Shown piece after piece: positions 10,265 to 21,410 of a stretch of DNA of 64,000 nt (position 1 is the stretch's first letter; every line of letters begins with the position of its first letter). The DNA lies in the NCBI GenBank assembly GCA_963751455.1, contig CAVVUN010000002.1, forward strand, positions 96,001 through 160,000. The letters run 5' to 3'. The position numbers were made by a program, and so were the translations under genes. The notes under the pieces are model-generated. The model saw only the letters and a program-made list of their open reading frames with translations, did not search any database and was not told the DNA's origin. This DNA comes from Nitrospirota bacterium. Lineage in GTDB: Bacteria > Nitrospirota > UBA9217.

Positions 10265-11386
10265 ATGAAACCGATCTACCTCGATTATAATGCCAGCACA
10301 CCGATCGACCCGGCAGTCCTTGAGGAAATGCTGCCCTTTCTGAAGGAGCGCTACGGCAACCCTTCCAGCAACCACAGCTTCGGGGTCGTTTTGAGGGCGG
10401 CGATTGAGCAGGCACGAGAGCGTATGGCCCTGCTGCTGGGGTGCGAGGCAACAGAGCTCATCTTCACGAGCGGGGCCACGGAATCGAACAACATGGTTAT
10501 TAAAGGCATCGCGAAGGCGGCCGGAAAGGGAAAGCATTTCATAACGTCCCGAATAGAGCACCCGGCCGTCCTGGAACCCTGCCGGCATCTTGAACGCTAC
10601 GGATATACGGTTACCTATCTCCCGGTGGACCGCTTCGGCATGGTTGATCCGTCCGAGCTCGAAAAGGCGATAACGAAGGACACTGTGCTCGTATCGATCA
10701 TGCATTCCAATAATGAAGTCGGCACCATACAGGATATAGAGCATCTGTCCGGTATCGCATCGTCCCGGGGGGTGCTGTTTCACACCGATGCCGCCCAAAG
10801 CGTCGGGAAGGTGCCTGTGCAGGCACACCAGCTGGGAATCGACTTTCTTACAATCGCGGGCCATAAGTTTTACGCTCCGAAAGGCATCGGCGCATTGTAT
10901 ATCAAGAGCGGCCGAAAACTTCAGCCCCTTCTCCACGGGGCGGGACATGAGCGGGGACTCCGGCCCGGCACCGAGAACTCCGCATCAATAGCAGGCCTCG
11001 GCGCCGCAGCGATGGCTGCGGCGCCGATTTTGAAAGAAGAAGCAGCGCGCCAGTACCGGCTGGGCACCCGCTTGTTCGAGGGGCTCAAGGCAGCGGGCAT
11101 CGATGCGCACCTGAACGGCCATCCTGAAAAGAAACTGCCGAATACCTGGAACATCAGTTTCGCGGGATTTACGGCTACCGAGGTGATGGAGGCTTTACCG
11201 GAAGTAGCGGTATCGCCGGGCGCGGCGTGCCATGGCGACATTGTAGAGCCTTCGCACGTGCTGTCCGCAATGGGAGTCGATCCGTCACTCGCCCGGGGCG
11301 CTGTACGTTTCAGCCTCGGCAGGGAAACCACGGAAGCGGAAATAGATACGGTGATAGAGATGCTGAAGAGAGGACTGAGAAAATAA
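10265..11386 (+). CDS. Cysteine desulfurase (NifS/IscS class; selenocysteine lyase activity possible)
   Basis: YLDYNASTP, HTDAAQ, GHKFYAPKG and GAAC motifs. Confidence 0.9.
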   Translation: MKPIYLDYNASTPIDPAVLEEMLPFLKERYGNPSSNHSFGVVLRAAIEQARERMALLLGCEATELIFTSGATESNNMVIKGIAKAAGKGKHFITSRIEHPAVLEPCRHLERYGYTVTYLPVDRFGMVDPSELEKAITKDTVLVSIMHSNNEVGTIQDIEHLSGIASSRGVLFHTDAAQSVGKVPVQAHQLGIDFLTIAGHKFYAPKGIGALYIKSGRKLQPLLHGAGHERGLRPGTENSASIAGLGAAAMAAAPILKEEAARQYRLGTRLFEGLKAAGIDAHLNGHPEKKLPNTWNISFAGFTATEVMEALPEVAVSPGAACHGDIVEPSHVLSAMGVDPSLARGAVRFSLGRETTEAEIDTVIEMLKRGLRK

Positions 11387-11608
11387 AGATCTCGAAGCAA
11401 GACGCGCGAATCCTAAACGAATTTGTAACTACTCAGGTCATTTCTTTATCCGCAGATTACGCAGATAAAAACAAAACCCGAATTCTGGTTTTAAAATCTG
11501 CGTCCATCTGCGAAATCTGCGGATAGAAGGCTTTTTCTCAGATTTGTCTTAATGCCGTTCTGAAAAGAAGCTGAATAGTTACACGAATTTTATAATTTAT
11601 AATTTGCA

Positions 11609-11819
11609 TTAAAAACCTTTACTTCGCATTATCTTTAAATTCGAGTCAAGTTTTTGAGAAGCTAAAAAGCATTTACCGCGAAGGCGCGAGGAGCGCGAAG
11701 GAAACCATACGACAAAATCTTATTTCTGGTTTAAACCCGTTTCAATTCCTGCTTTCCTCGCGTCCTTCGCGCCTGGTTCCAAGGTATTTTTTCATCGGTC
11801 TGAGGCCTTGCCTCGTTAA
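11609..11819 (-). mobile_element. ~210 bp non-coding MITE-like element bounded by TTAA
   Basis: Near-identical inverted copy at 52156-52371; TTAA at both ends of both copies. Confidence 0.7.
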
Positions 11820-11824
11820 CCATT

Positions 11825-13210
11825 ATGTCAGACGAAACCATACTCATAATCGATGATGAAGAAAGCGTACGGAACAGCCTTGCCGGAGTAATGAAGGATG
11901 AAGGGTACGACGTTGTGCTTGCTGTTTCCGGCAGGGAGGCGCTCGACCTGCTTCATGAGGCACAGCCCTCGGTAGCTCTTCTCGATATCGCCATGCCGGG
12001 TATGGACGGCATTGAAACACTTCGGCGGCTGAAGGAGATAAGGCCTGAGTTGCCGGTGGTCATGATAACCGGCCACGGGACAATCGAAATCGCGGTTAAA
12101 ACTACAAAAATGGGGGCGTACGATTTCATCGTGAAACCTCCGGAACTGCAGCATCTCATTCTTGTTGTCAGGCATGCGATCGATGAGTCCCGGCTCCGGG
12201 AGGAGAACGAGTCTCTCAAAAAGAGAATCGAGCGGCGTTGCCAGATCGTGGGCGAGAGTGAAAAAATCCAGACGTTGAAGCGCCAGATTTCGGTTGCAGG
12301 GCCGACGAACGGGTGGGTGCTTGTCCACGGCGAGAGCGGCACAGGCAAGGAACTCGTCGCGCGCGCCATCCACGGAGCCAGCAAGCGTGCCGGCGGACCG
12401 TTCATTGAAGTAAACTGCGCAGCGATACCGCAGGACCTCATTGAAAGTGAACTCTTCGGCCACGAGAAAGGCTCGTTTACGGGCGCGACAGGCACGAAGC
12501 GGGGCAAGTTTGAACTGGCGCACAACGGGTCCATTTTCCTGGATGAAATAGGGGACATGAGCACTGCCACTCAGGCCAAGGTGCTTCGAGTGCTTGAAGG
12601 CCAGGATTTCCAGCGCGTCGGCGGCACAAAGACTCTGAAGTCCGATATGAGGGTCATCGCTGCGTCCAATAAAAACCTCGCGGATGAGATCAAAAAAGGC
12701 GCTTTTCGCGATGACCTTTACTATCGCCTGAACGTAATTCCCCTCGATGTGCCGCCGCTTCGAGAGCGGAGCGATGACGTCGGATTGCTCGTGCGGCACT
12801 TTCTGAACGAGTTCTCGGCCGAATACGGACAGAAACCAAAGAAGATCGAGGATGATGCGCTTGCCCTCTTTTCGCACTATTCCTGGCCGGGCAACGTTCG
12901 GGAACTCCGGAACATCATAGAACGTCTTATCATCATGGTCCCCGGTCCTGTGCTTACGGTCCGTGACATACCGCCTCCGCTCAACCCCGCTCTCCGGGAA
13001 AACGTAACGGAAAAGCCGAATGGCGGCCGGGCCGCAGGCCATCATCACGCAAGTCTCAAAGCGGCCAGGGCCGAATTCGAGCGGGAGTTCATTACGCGGA
13101 AGCTCAGAGAATATGACGGCAACGTGAGCAAAACAGCCGACGCTATCGGTGTGGAACGCAGCAACCTGCACAGGAAGATTAAAACACTCGGGATCGAGAT
13201 GGACGATTAA
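11825..13210 (+). CDS. Sigma-54-dependent response regulator (NtrX/NtrC type)
   Basis: REC domain, GESGTGKE, ESELFGHEKGSFTGA and C-terminal Fis HTH. Confidence 0.9.
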   Translation: MSDETILIIDDEESVRNSLAGVMKDEGYDVVLAVSGREALDLLHEAQPSVALLDIAMPGMDGIETLRRLKEIRPELPVVMITGHGTIEIAVKTTKMGAYDFIVKPPELQHLILVVRHAIDESRLREENESLKKRIERRCQIVGESEKIQTLKRQISVAGPTNGWVLVHGESGTGKELVARAIHGASKRAGGPFIEVNCAAIPQDLIESELFGHEKGSFTGATGTKRGKFELAHNGSIFLDEIGDMSTATQAKVLRVLEGQDFQRVGGTKTLKSDMRVIAASNKNLADEIKKGAFRDDLYYRLNVIPLDVPPLRERSDDVGLLVRHFLNEFSAEYGQKPKKIEDDALALFSHYSWPGNVRELRNIIERLIIMVPGPVLTVRDIPPPLNPALRENVTEKPNGGRAAGHHHASLKAARAEFEREFITRKLREYDGNVSKTADAIGVERSNLHRKIKTLGIEMDD

Positions 13211-13265
13211 CTCTTTTATTTGGCACGGATAACGCGGATTAACACGGATAAAATCCAGGAAATAA

Positions 13266-13519
13266 TTAACGAGGCAGCGCCTCAGACCAATAAACCAAAA
13301 TCAAGACCTTTGAATCTGCCTCACACGAAGCCGCGAAGACACGAAGAAATTCCAGATTCAAAATTAAGATTCATGTTTTCTTTGTGGGCTTTGCCTGCAC
13401 CCCGCGCTTACGAGTGCACGCGCGAGTGCAGGGTGTGACTTTGTGTGAAAATTGGGTTTTGGTTTTGATCCAAAAAACTTGACTCAAACTTTCAGATGTT
13501 GGTTCGTAAAGTACTTTAA
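13266..13519 (+). mobile_element. Diverged member of the TTAA-bounded MITE-like family
   Basis: Same left end (TTAACGAGGC..GCCTCAGACC) and right end (AAAAACTTGACTCAAA..TTTAA), different interior. Confidence 0.55.
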
Positions 13520-13696
13520 CCGCGAATAAACGCGAATGAACACGATAAAAACTTGATCCAGCCGCAAAAATGCGCAAGAAGCGCAAAAATTTTTTAAAGT
13601 CCTTTTTGTGACTTTTGAGCTTTCGTGGCAAAAAGAATTTAATCTTCTATCCGTGTCCATCAGTGTGCATCCGTGGCTAAGACTATCCTTGTGATC

Positions 13697-14658
<962 letters not shown>

Positions 14659-14668
14659 AAGGTTGATA

Positions 14669-15400
14669 ATGAACTTCTACCCAATTTTCTGGAAAGAAAT
14701 GATGCTCATCCGCAAGAAACCGTGGCGCTTCCTTGCGTCGAGCCTCGTCATGCCGCTTCTTTACCTCGTTACGTTCGGCTGGGGTCTCGGGCGCAGCATG
14801 GGGGGGAGTGGACAACCGTATCTGGATTTCATCCTGCCCGGCATTCTAGCCCTGTCCGCAATGAACAACAGCTTTACCCCGGTCTCGGCGTCGATGAATA
14901 TCAGCAAGCTCTACACCAAAACTCTTGAGGAGGTGCTGGTTTCTCCGGTGACTGCATGGGAAATCGCCTTCGGAAGGAGCCTGGTTGGGCTTGTCCGGGG
15001 CTTGTTCTCGGCGCTGATGATGATGTTTGTCGGGCTCGCTTCCGGTATGCAGCTCCATCTTTCTTTTTTCTTTTTCGTTGTGCTTGCTCTTACCGCGTTT
15101 TGTTTCGGGGCGGCGGGGGTAGCAGCGGCCATGCTCGCCCGTACGCACGAGGATATGGCCAATTTCAACAGCTTTTTTATGGTGCCGATGTCGTTTCTCG
15201 CCGGAACTTTTTTTTCCCCGGAACGCCTGCCTGAACCGTTCCAAAGTCTCATTCTCGTGTATCCGCTTACGCACGCCAGCATTCTGCTGAGAGCGCTCAC
15301 GTCCGGTTTCGAGCCGTCTCCCTGGCCTGTTTTCGTACTTGCGGCATACACAGTCATGTTTTTCTCGCTTGCGGTAAGATTGATCAATATGCCTCAATAG
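14669..15400 (+). CDS. ABC-2 type permease
   Basis: Six TM helices; YLDFILPG and PMSFLAGTFF..PLTH motifs; follows the ATPase. Confidence 0.88.
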   Translation: MNFYPIFWKEMMLIRKKPWRFLASSLVMPLLYLVTFGWGLGRSMGGSGQPYLDFILPGILALSAMNNSFTPVSASMNISKLYTKTLEEVLVSPVTAWEIAFGRSLVGLVRGLFSALMMMFVGLASGMQLHLSFFFFVVLALTAFCFGAAGVAAAMLARTHEDMANFNSFFMVPMSFLAGTFFSPERLPEPFQSLILVYPLTHASILLRALTSGFEPSPWPVFVLAAYTVMFFSLAVRLINMPQ

Positions 15401-15555
15401 TGGATGGGCATCATGGACTTTTCAAAAGATGCCGACTATTTTCTCATACAACTGAATGGCTGAGAGGTTTGTGTCAGCCCATTTTTGATTGACTTTTCAC
15501 GGTCTTAAGGCTAATATTTCACCTCGTATCGAATTTCACTATAAAGGTCCTGACA

Positions 15556-17739
15556 ATGCCTAAAGTTCAATTCATCTTTGCGATCCATAACCATCAGCCG
15601 GTCGGGAATTTCGATTTTGTAGCCGAAGAAGCCTATCAGAAATCCTATCTTCCGTTCGTCGAACTGCTTGAGCGGCATCCGCAGATCAGGATAACGCTGC
15701 ATTATACCGGCATTCTTTTTCATTTTTTCGAGAAGCAGCACCCGGAATTCATCGAAAAGCTGAAGAGGATCGTTACCCGGGGACAGGCTGAGCTCCTCTC
15801 CGGCGGTTTCTATGAGCCTGTTCTTGCGGTGCTGCCCGATGAGGACAAGATCGGCCAGGTCCGGGCCCTGACCGGTTATATCGAGAAGCTCTTCGCGTAC
15901 CGGCCTGAGGGAATGTGGCTTGCCGAACGCGTCTGGGAACCACAGCTTCCAAAATTCATTGCGGCTGCAGGGATTAACCATGTGGTGGTCGATGATTTTC
16001 ATTTCAAGATGGCGGGCCTGAGCGACAACGAACTGGACGGATATTATATTACGGAGGAGCAGGAGGGCGTGATACGGATCTTTCCGGGCAGCGAACTGCT
16101 GCGCTACCTGATCCCTTTTCGTCCTGTTGAGGAGACCATCAACCACCTGAAGACCTTTCGCTCCGCAGACCGGAACAGGCTTGTGGTCATGGCCGACGAC
16201 GGCGAGAAATTCGGGGTTTGGCCGGAGACGTATCATTCCGTATACGAAGAAGGCTGGCTTGACCGGTTTTACACAACGCTCGAGGAGAATTCCGACTGGC
16301 TCGAGACCACGACCTTTTCGGAGTACCTCAAAAAAGAACCCGCTCTCGGCATAACATACCTGCCTACGGCGTCCTATATGGAAATGGGTGAATGGTCCCT
16401 TCCGGCCGTTGCCATGAAAAAATATGAGGCGGTGCTTGCCAAGGTGAAGAACAACGGGGACCTTGATTTGTTCAGGCCCTTCATCAAGGGCGGCTTCTGG
16501 AGAAATTTTTTTGCAAAGTATCCCGAGAGCAATCATATGCACAAGCGCATGATGATGGTGAGCCGCAAGGTGCATGAGGTTCTTGCCTCGAACGGGGGCC
16601 GCAAGAGCGCAGAGGCATTGCGCATGGTTGACGATTTGTACCAGTCTCAGTGCAACGACTCCTACTGGCACGGAGTTTTCGGCGGGCTTTACCTTCCTCA
16701 TTTACGGTCCGCGGTATACGAACACCTGATCAAGGCGGAATACACGGCCGACAAGGCGTTGAAGGCAGGAGGGGCGAGGGACGAGGGGCGAGAGAAAAAG
16801 AAAAAAAATCAGGCAGCTTCCTGGATCGAGATTGAGCAGGGAGACTTCGATCGGAACGGCCGCGAAGAAGTCATGATCAACTCGGAGCTCCTGAATGTCT
16901 TCATTGACCCGGCCCACGGCGGGATGATAACGGAGCTTGACTGGAAACCGCGGTCCTTCAACCTCACCAACACGCTTACGCGAAGGCCGGAAGTTTATCA
17001 CGAGAAGATCCTTCAGATGGTCCGGGAAAAGGCGGGCGCGGGGGAAGCCGGACCCAAGACCATTCACGAGCGGGTTGCCGTAAAAGAGGAAGGGCTTCAC
17101 GATCATCTCGTTTACGATTGGTACGCCAGAAGTTCGCTGCTCGACCACTTCCTGGGTTCCGGCGCGGATGTTTTGAGTGTCATGAAATCCCGCTACGATG
17201 AGGCAGGTGATTTTTTGCTCGGTCAATATCGAGTGCAGTCGAAAAAAACGAAGACAAGCGCCACGGTAACTCTGGAACGCGACGGAAAAGTATCCGGGCT
17301 CGACGTGAAACTCGCGAAAGAGCTGACGCTGCACAGCGGCATTCCGGAACTTTCGATCAGATATTCCATAACAAATGCGAACAGCGAAGAACTAAACACC
17401 AGCTTCGGTGCAGAATTCAACTTTTCACTTCTTGCTGGAAATGCTCATGACCGGTACTATGAAATTCCCGGGCACATTCTTGACAGGAGAAACCTCGCTT
17501 CGATCGGGGAAACGAACAATGTTAGCCGGGTGAGCATCATTGACGAATGGCTAAAACTGAAACTTACGCTGGCCTTCTCCCAGCCGGCTGCCCTGTGGAG
17601 GGCGCCGATCGAGACGGTCTCGCAGTCTGAAGCGGGATTCGAGCGAGTATATCAGAGTTCCATGGTTATGCCGATCTGGCGTATTTCACTCAAGCCTGCT
17701 GCAACGTGGGAAACAAAGATCAAGCTGGACGTGGAATAG
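15556..17739 (+). CDS. GH57 alpha-amylase/4-alpha-glucanotransferase
   Basis: HNHQP, GMWLAERVW, DDGEKFG and QCNDSYWHGVFGGLYLPHLR motifs. Confidence 0.9.
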   Translation: MPKVQFIFAIHNHQPVGNFDFVAEEAYQKSYLPFVELLERHPQIRITLHYTGILFHFFEKQHPEFIEKLKRIVTRGQAELLSGGFYEPVLAVLPDEDKIGQVRALTGYIEKLFAYRPEGMWLAERVWEPQLPKFIAAAGINHVVVDDFHFKMAGLSDNELDGYYITEEQEGVIRIFPGSELLRYLIPFRPVEETINHLKTFRSADRNRLVVMADDGEKFGVWPETYHSVYEEGWLDRFYTTLEENSDWLETTTFSEYLKKEPALGITYLPTASYMEMGEWSLPAVAMKKYEAVLAKVKNNGDLDLFRPFIKGGFWRNFFAKYPESNHMHKRMMMVSRKVHEVLASNGGRKSAEALRMVDDLYQSQCNDSYWHGVFGGLYLPHLRSAVYEHLIKAEYTADKALKAGGARDEGREKKKKNQAASWIEIEQGDFDRNGREEVMINSELLNVFIDPAHGGMITELDWKPRSFNLTNTLTRRPEVYHEKILQMVREKAGAGEAGPKTIHERVAVKEEGLHDHLVYDWYARSSLLDHFLGSGADVLSVMKSRYDEAGDFLLGQYRVQSKKTKTSATVTLERDGKVSGLDVKLAKELTLHSGIPELSIRYSITNANSEELNTSFGAEFNFSLLAGNAHDRYYEIPGHILDRRNLASIGETNNVSRVSIIDEWLKLKLTLAFSQPAALWRAPIETVSQSEAGFERVYQSSMVMPIWRISLKPAATWETKIKLDVE

Positions 17740-17816
17740 AGCACGTAAACATTCGCAAAGTAATCCTTGAGCGGAACGACTAAACGCTCTTGCAGATCGA
17801 AAAGAGGCATTTCTTT

Positions 17817-19586
17817 ATGAAAAAAATAGCGGTACTGTCATGCGTCTTTATATTGCTTGCTTCCTCCTACGTGTTTGCGGAGCGGCCGATCGGCACACAG
17901 GAATTCACCTCCATCGATGAACTTGCCGGAGCGGTCGCCGCATACTTCCCGAAAGCACAGGGAGAAGTGAAAGCAGTTGACAACAGCAAGCTTACCATAA
18001 CGCTCGACAGGAAAGACGGATTGACGCCCGGGATGGAGCTTGGACTCTGGAGGGAGGGCAGGGAAATCCTCCACCCCGTTACCGGCGCCGTGATCGGAAG
18101 GCAGGAAGAACATCTGGGAACGATAGAAGTAATTTCCGTGGGCGATGCGTCTTCCGTGGCTATTGTCAGGAAGAGCCTCAAGGAGCCCAGGCAGGGCGAT
18201 ACCGTGAGGATTACCCCGCGGAAGATCAAGCTCGGGATTATACCGCTGCGGCCCGATCGCCCGGACATAGTCCAGGAACTTTCGGAGCGCCTGGTAGATT
18301 ACGGGAGGTTTACGATACCCGACCAGGTGAAGACTGCGGAGTACCTCAAAGACAGGAAACAGCTCGACACGGGCCTTGTCAAGGACATGGGCCGGCAGTT
18401 CAGTCTTGACGCCGTCATTGCGCTCGGCATATACCCCATGGAAGGCAAATATCTGATTACCGCGAGAATTTTCTACACCGACGAGGCCGCCAGCACGCTC
18501 GACACGATCATAGCAACGGTGGATCTGAAATCCCGGAAAGATGCGCTTGGCGAGATTCAGCCGTTTTTTGTTCCCTCAAAGGAAGAGAAGAGCATTGCTC
18601 CGGAGCTCCCGTTTCAGGCCCGCTTCGTGAGCTGCTCCGATTTCGAGGGAGACGGGAGCCTTGAATACGCCTTCTCGGACGGGGCGCTCATCCATATTTA
18701 CCGCGACGAACCGAGCGGATGGCGCGAGGTCTGGACTGAGACCGCCCGGACTGAACGGCAGGGGATCGTACACATCAATATCGATGCGGCGGACATTAAC
18801 GGCAACGGCAAGGCCGAACTGTTCGTGACTGCCATGCTGAACGGAAGCGTATTTTCCTATGTGCTCGAGTTCCGCGATGGAATGTACAAGCAGATCGCGG
18901 ATGTTACCGCGTTTCTGCGTGTTCTAGCCTATCCCGGAAAAGGCTTACAGCTGCTGGGACAGGCATACGATCCGGCGGCCTTTTACTCAGGAGAACCGGC
19001 GCTTTATACGTGGAGCGGCGGCAAATATACCGGCGGACGCGCGTTTCCCCTGCCGAAGGGGGTGACCTTGTATGGCTTTACCGTTGCCAGGTTCGCGGAG
19101 TCGCAGCCGCTTCTTGTCGGTTTTGATGAAGAAGATCATCTGCTTGTTTTCTCCGGGGGCACTCCTCTCTGGAGAAGCGAGGAACGATATTCCGCCGTTG
19201 ATACGTATATCTACAAACCGGTGACCGGCATCGGAGCAGTTCTCGCAAAAGAAGCGCGGGAAAACGAAAAAAGCCAACGGGTGCGGATCCCGGGCAGGGT
19301 CATGGCGATCGATGCCGATGCAGACGGTAAAGATGAAATCATTGTTCCGAAGAACTTAGCCGGGTCATACCTGGGAGAATACAAAGAGGCGGAATTGAAA
19401 AGTCTGACATGGACCGGTGCCAGGCTCGAACAGCGCTGGAGCGTGAACGATATCCCGGGTGCCGTGCTTGATTTTCAGGTAATGCATCAGGAGACGGCCG
19501 GATCAAGGATCATTGCGCTGGTGCGGAACAACGGTGGAATATTCAGCAAGGACCGTATCCGCACCATGAGCTATTCGGTAAAATAA
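17817..19586 (+). CDS. Exported FG-GAP/VCBS-repeat protein
   Basis: Signal peptide; DINGNGKAELFV, DADADGKDEII and DFEGDG repeats. Confidence 0.7.
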   Translation: MKKIAVLSCVFILLASSYVFAERPIGTQEFTSIDELAGAVAAYFPKAQGEVKAVDNSKLTITLDRKDGLTPGMELGLWREGREILHPVTGAVIGRQEEHLGTIEVISVGDASSVAIVRKSLKEPRQGDTVRITPRKIKLGIIPLRPDRPDIVQELSERLVDYGRFTIPDQVKTAEYLKDRKQLDTGLVKDMGRQFSLDAVIALGIYPMEGKYLITARIFYTDEAASTLDTIIATVDLKSRKDALGEIQPFFVPSKEEKSIAPELPFQARFVSCSDFEGDGSLEYAFSDGALIHIYRDEPSGWREVWTETARTERQGIVHINIDAADINGNGKAELFVTAMLNGSVFSYVLEFRDGMYKQIADVTAFLRVLAYPGKGLQLLGQAYDPAAFYSGEPALYTWSGGKYTGGRAFPLPKGVTLYGFTVARFAESQPLLVGFDEEDHLLVFSGGTPLWRSEERYSAVDTYIYKPVTGIGAVLAKEARENEKSQRVRIPGRVMAIDADADGKDEIIVPKNLAGSYLGEYKEAELKSLTWTGARLEQRWSVNDIPGAVLDFQVMHQETAGSRIIALVRNNGGIFSKDRIRTMSYSVK

Positions 19587-19612
19587 CGAAGAACAGGCGG
19601 ATTCGACAGAAC

Positions 19613-20371
19613 ATGAACAGTAAAAACCCAACGCTCAAGGATCTTCTTTCGAAAGTCGACATGCATTCGCTTCCGAAGCATATCGCGATTATCATGGACG
19701 GCAACGGCAGATGGGCGATCCGTCGGGGGCTGCCGAGGATAGCCGGCCATAAGAGGGGAGCCGAAACGGTGCGCCTGATTACGGACCAGTGCCGTCAACT
19801 GGGCGTCTCAGTACTGACCCTGTATGCTTTTTCCGACGAGAATTGGGGCAGACCCAAGGAAGAAGTAGGTTTTCTCATGGACATGCTGAGCTCTTTTTTA
19901 AAGGCTGAGATCGAAACGATGAAAAAGAAGGGAATTAAATTCCGCACCATCGGCAACATCGAGCGTCTTCCCCGATCGGTGCAGAACTGGATAAAAAAAG
20001 CGTCATCCGAGACCAGGGATAATAAGGACCTGATATTGAATCTTGCGCTCTCATACGGAGGACGGGGCGAGATCCTCGAGGCGATCAGGCGTATGCAGAA
20101 AGCAAACGGGAATGCCGATGCGCTGAGCGAGGAAATATTCTCTTCATTTCTGGATACTGCGGGACTCCCCGATCCGGACCTGATCATTCGGACAAGCGGT
20201 GAAAAACGAATCAGCAACTTCCTGCTCTGGCAGGCGGCGTATGCGGAACTGTATTTTACGGACACGCTCTGGCCGGATTTCCATGAAGAAGACCTCCTTG
20301 CCGCCATCGTGGACTATCAGGGGCGGCAGAGAAGGTTCGGACTTACCGAGGAACAGCTCGTACAAAAGTGA
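19613..20371 (+). CDS. uppS: Undecaprenyl diphosphate synthase
   Basis: HIAIIMDGNGRWA and IRTSGEKRISNFLLWQ motifs. Confidence 0.95.
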   Translation: MNSKNPTLKDLLSKVDMHSLPKHIAIIMDGNGRWAIRRGLPRIAGHKRGAETVRLITDQCRQLGVSVLTLYAFSDENWGRPKEEVGFLMDMLSSFLKAEIETMKKKGIKFRTIGNIERLPRSVQNWIKKASSETRDNKDLILNLALSYGGRGEILEAIRRMQKANGNADALSEEIFSSFLDTAGLPDPDLIIRTSGEKRISNFLLWQAAYAELYFTDTLWPDFHEEDLLAAIVDYQGRQRRFGLTEEQLVQK

Positions 20372-20434
20372 TCGTATGACGCTCGCCTTTGTCCTCTTCC
20401 GACACGGACAGGCTTGGGTGAGGCGGAGGGTCCA

Positions 20435-20602
20435 ATGAACTGCAAGATCTGCGGCAAACAAATAGAACTCAGGGCGGGTTGACGCGTCGTCACGTTGCGC
20501 TGCACGGGATGCAGCAAGGAATACCAGATCGCCGAGTACCTCAATGAAATAGATGCACACACTTGGGAGATTATTTCGCGACGAGCCTGCAACAGAGTGT
20601 AA
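20435..20602 (+). CDS. 55-aa dual-CxxC small selenoprotein (UGA at 20480-20482); absent from the ORF track
   Basis: GGAGG RBS; MNCKICGKQIELRAG-U-RVVTLRCTGCSKEYQIAEYLNEIDAHTWEIISRRACNRV; hairpin GCTGCA-CGGGA-TGCAGC at 20499-20515. Confidence 0.8.
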
Positions 20603-20704
20603 TTGTCCGCGCTTTTTCCTTTTTCAATGAAGCAGTCCACAACCAATTAGTAAAACTCCTTTTTTATCAATAGATTTAGACGATGCTCAAATTAGAATTT
20701 TACG

Positions 20705-20739
20705 TTGACATTTCCATAATAATATAATAATGTTTGCAT
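20705..20739 (+). promoter_or_regulatory. Sigma70 promoter (TTGACA-17-TAATGT) overlapped by a candidate ArsR operator
   Basis: TTGACA at 20705; AATATAATAATGTTTGCAT at 20721-20739 matches the reverse complement of 24971-24989 at 17/19 positions. Confidence 0.6.
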
Positions 20740-20786
20740 ATAATAAGCAGCTAAAAACTTCTCCTGAAAGGAATGGACAGTTAGGA

Positions 20787-21038
20787 ATGAAACTTCACGA
20801 CCCGATAAACATCATGCTTGACTGCTGCATCCCGGACAAAAAGAGACTAATGCTCGAGTTGAGCAAATTATCTCCTGGTGAAACGCTCAAAATCGAGGTA
20901 GATAACTGCGTCATGTCCAAGGCAATGGTAGAGGATTTCGTAAAAAACAAATGGTACAGCATTGTTCAGACCGTTGAGCGGGATGATTTCACCGTTTTGC
21001 ACATACAAGCCAAGACTATAGACACGAGCACAGTTTGA
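20787..21038 (+). CDS. TusA/SirA-like sulfur carrier
   Basis: 83 aa; CCIP at the CPxP position and L..LSPGETLKIEVDN pattern. Confidence 0.6.
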   Translation: MKLHDPINIMLDCCIPDKKRLMLELSKLSPGETLKIEVDNCVMSKAMVEDFVKNKWYSIVQTVERDDFTVLHIQAKTIDTSTV

Positions 21039-21063
21039 AATCCGGGCAATTCAAGGGGCGACC

Positions 21064-21405
21064 ATGATTCCCATAGAAAAAAGAATCGAACTGTTGAAGA
21101 TAATAGCACACCCTGTGCGGGTAAAAATTCTCGAAGACCTGACGAAGAGCGTGAAGTGCGTAAGCGATTTCGAGGAGTCGCTCGACATCAGCCAGCCGAA
21201 TGTGTCCCAGCACCTTTCACTGCTTCGCTCTCACGGCGTCATAGATTTTTATATTGACGGAAGGCTGAAGTGCTATTTCCTCAGGGAGCCGCTCATTCCC
21301 GATCTGCTCGAACTATTGAAGAAAGAATATGAAGAAGATGTTCCGGCGCCGGCATGCTGCCCGGTGACAAAAAAGGGAACTTATCCAGGCGAAAGGAGAC
21401 ATTAA
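21064..21405 (+). CDS. ArsR/SmtB-family repressor with C-terminal CC
   Basis: AHPVRVKIL and SQPNVSQHLSLLR HTH; Cys in KCV, KCY and PACCP. Confidence 0.88.
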   Translation: MIPIEKRIELLKIIAHPVRVKILEDLTKSVKCVSDFEESLDISQPNVSQHLSLLRSHGVIDFYIDGRLKCYFLREPLIPDLLELLKKEYEEDVPAPACCPVTKKGTYPGERRH

Positions 21406-21410
21406 GAAGG

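Noticed and set aside
11828-13171. Long antisense ORFs (also 1434-2552, 15511-16701, 39085-40365, 46758-47804)
   Set aside because: They are shadows of well-supported genes on the opposite strand and have no motifs.
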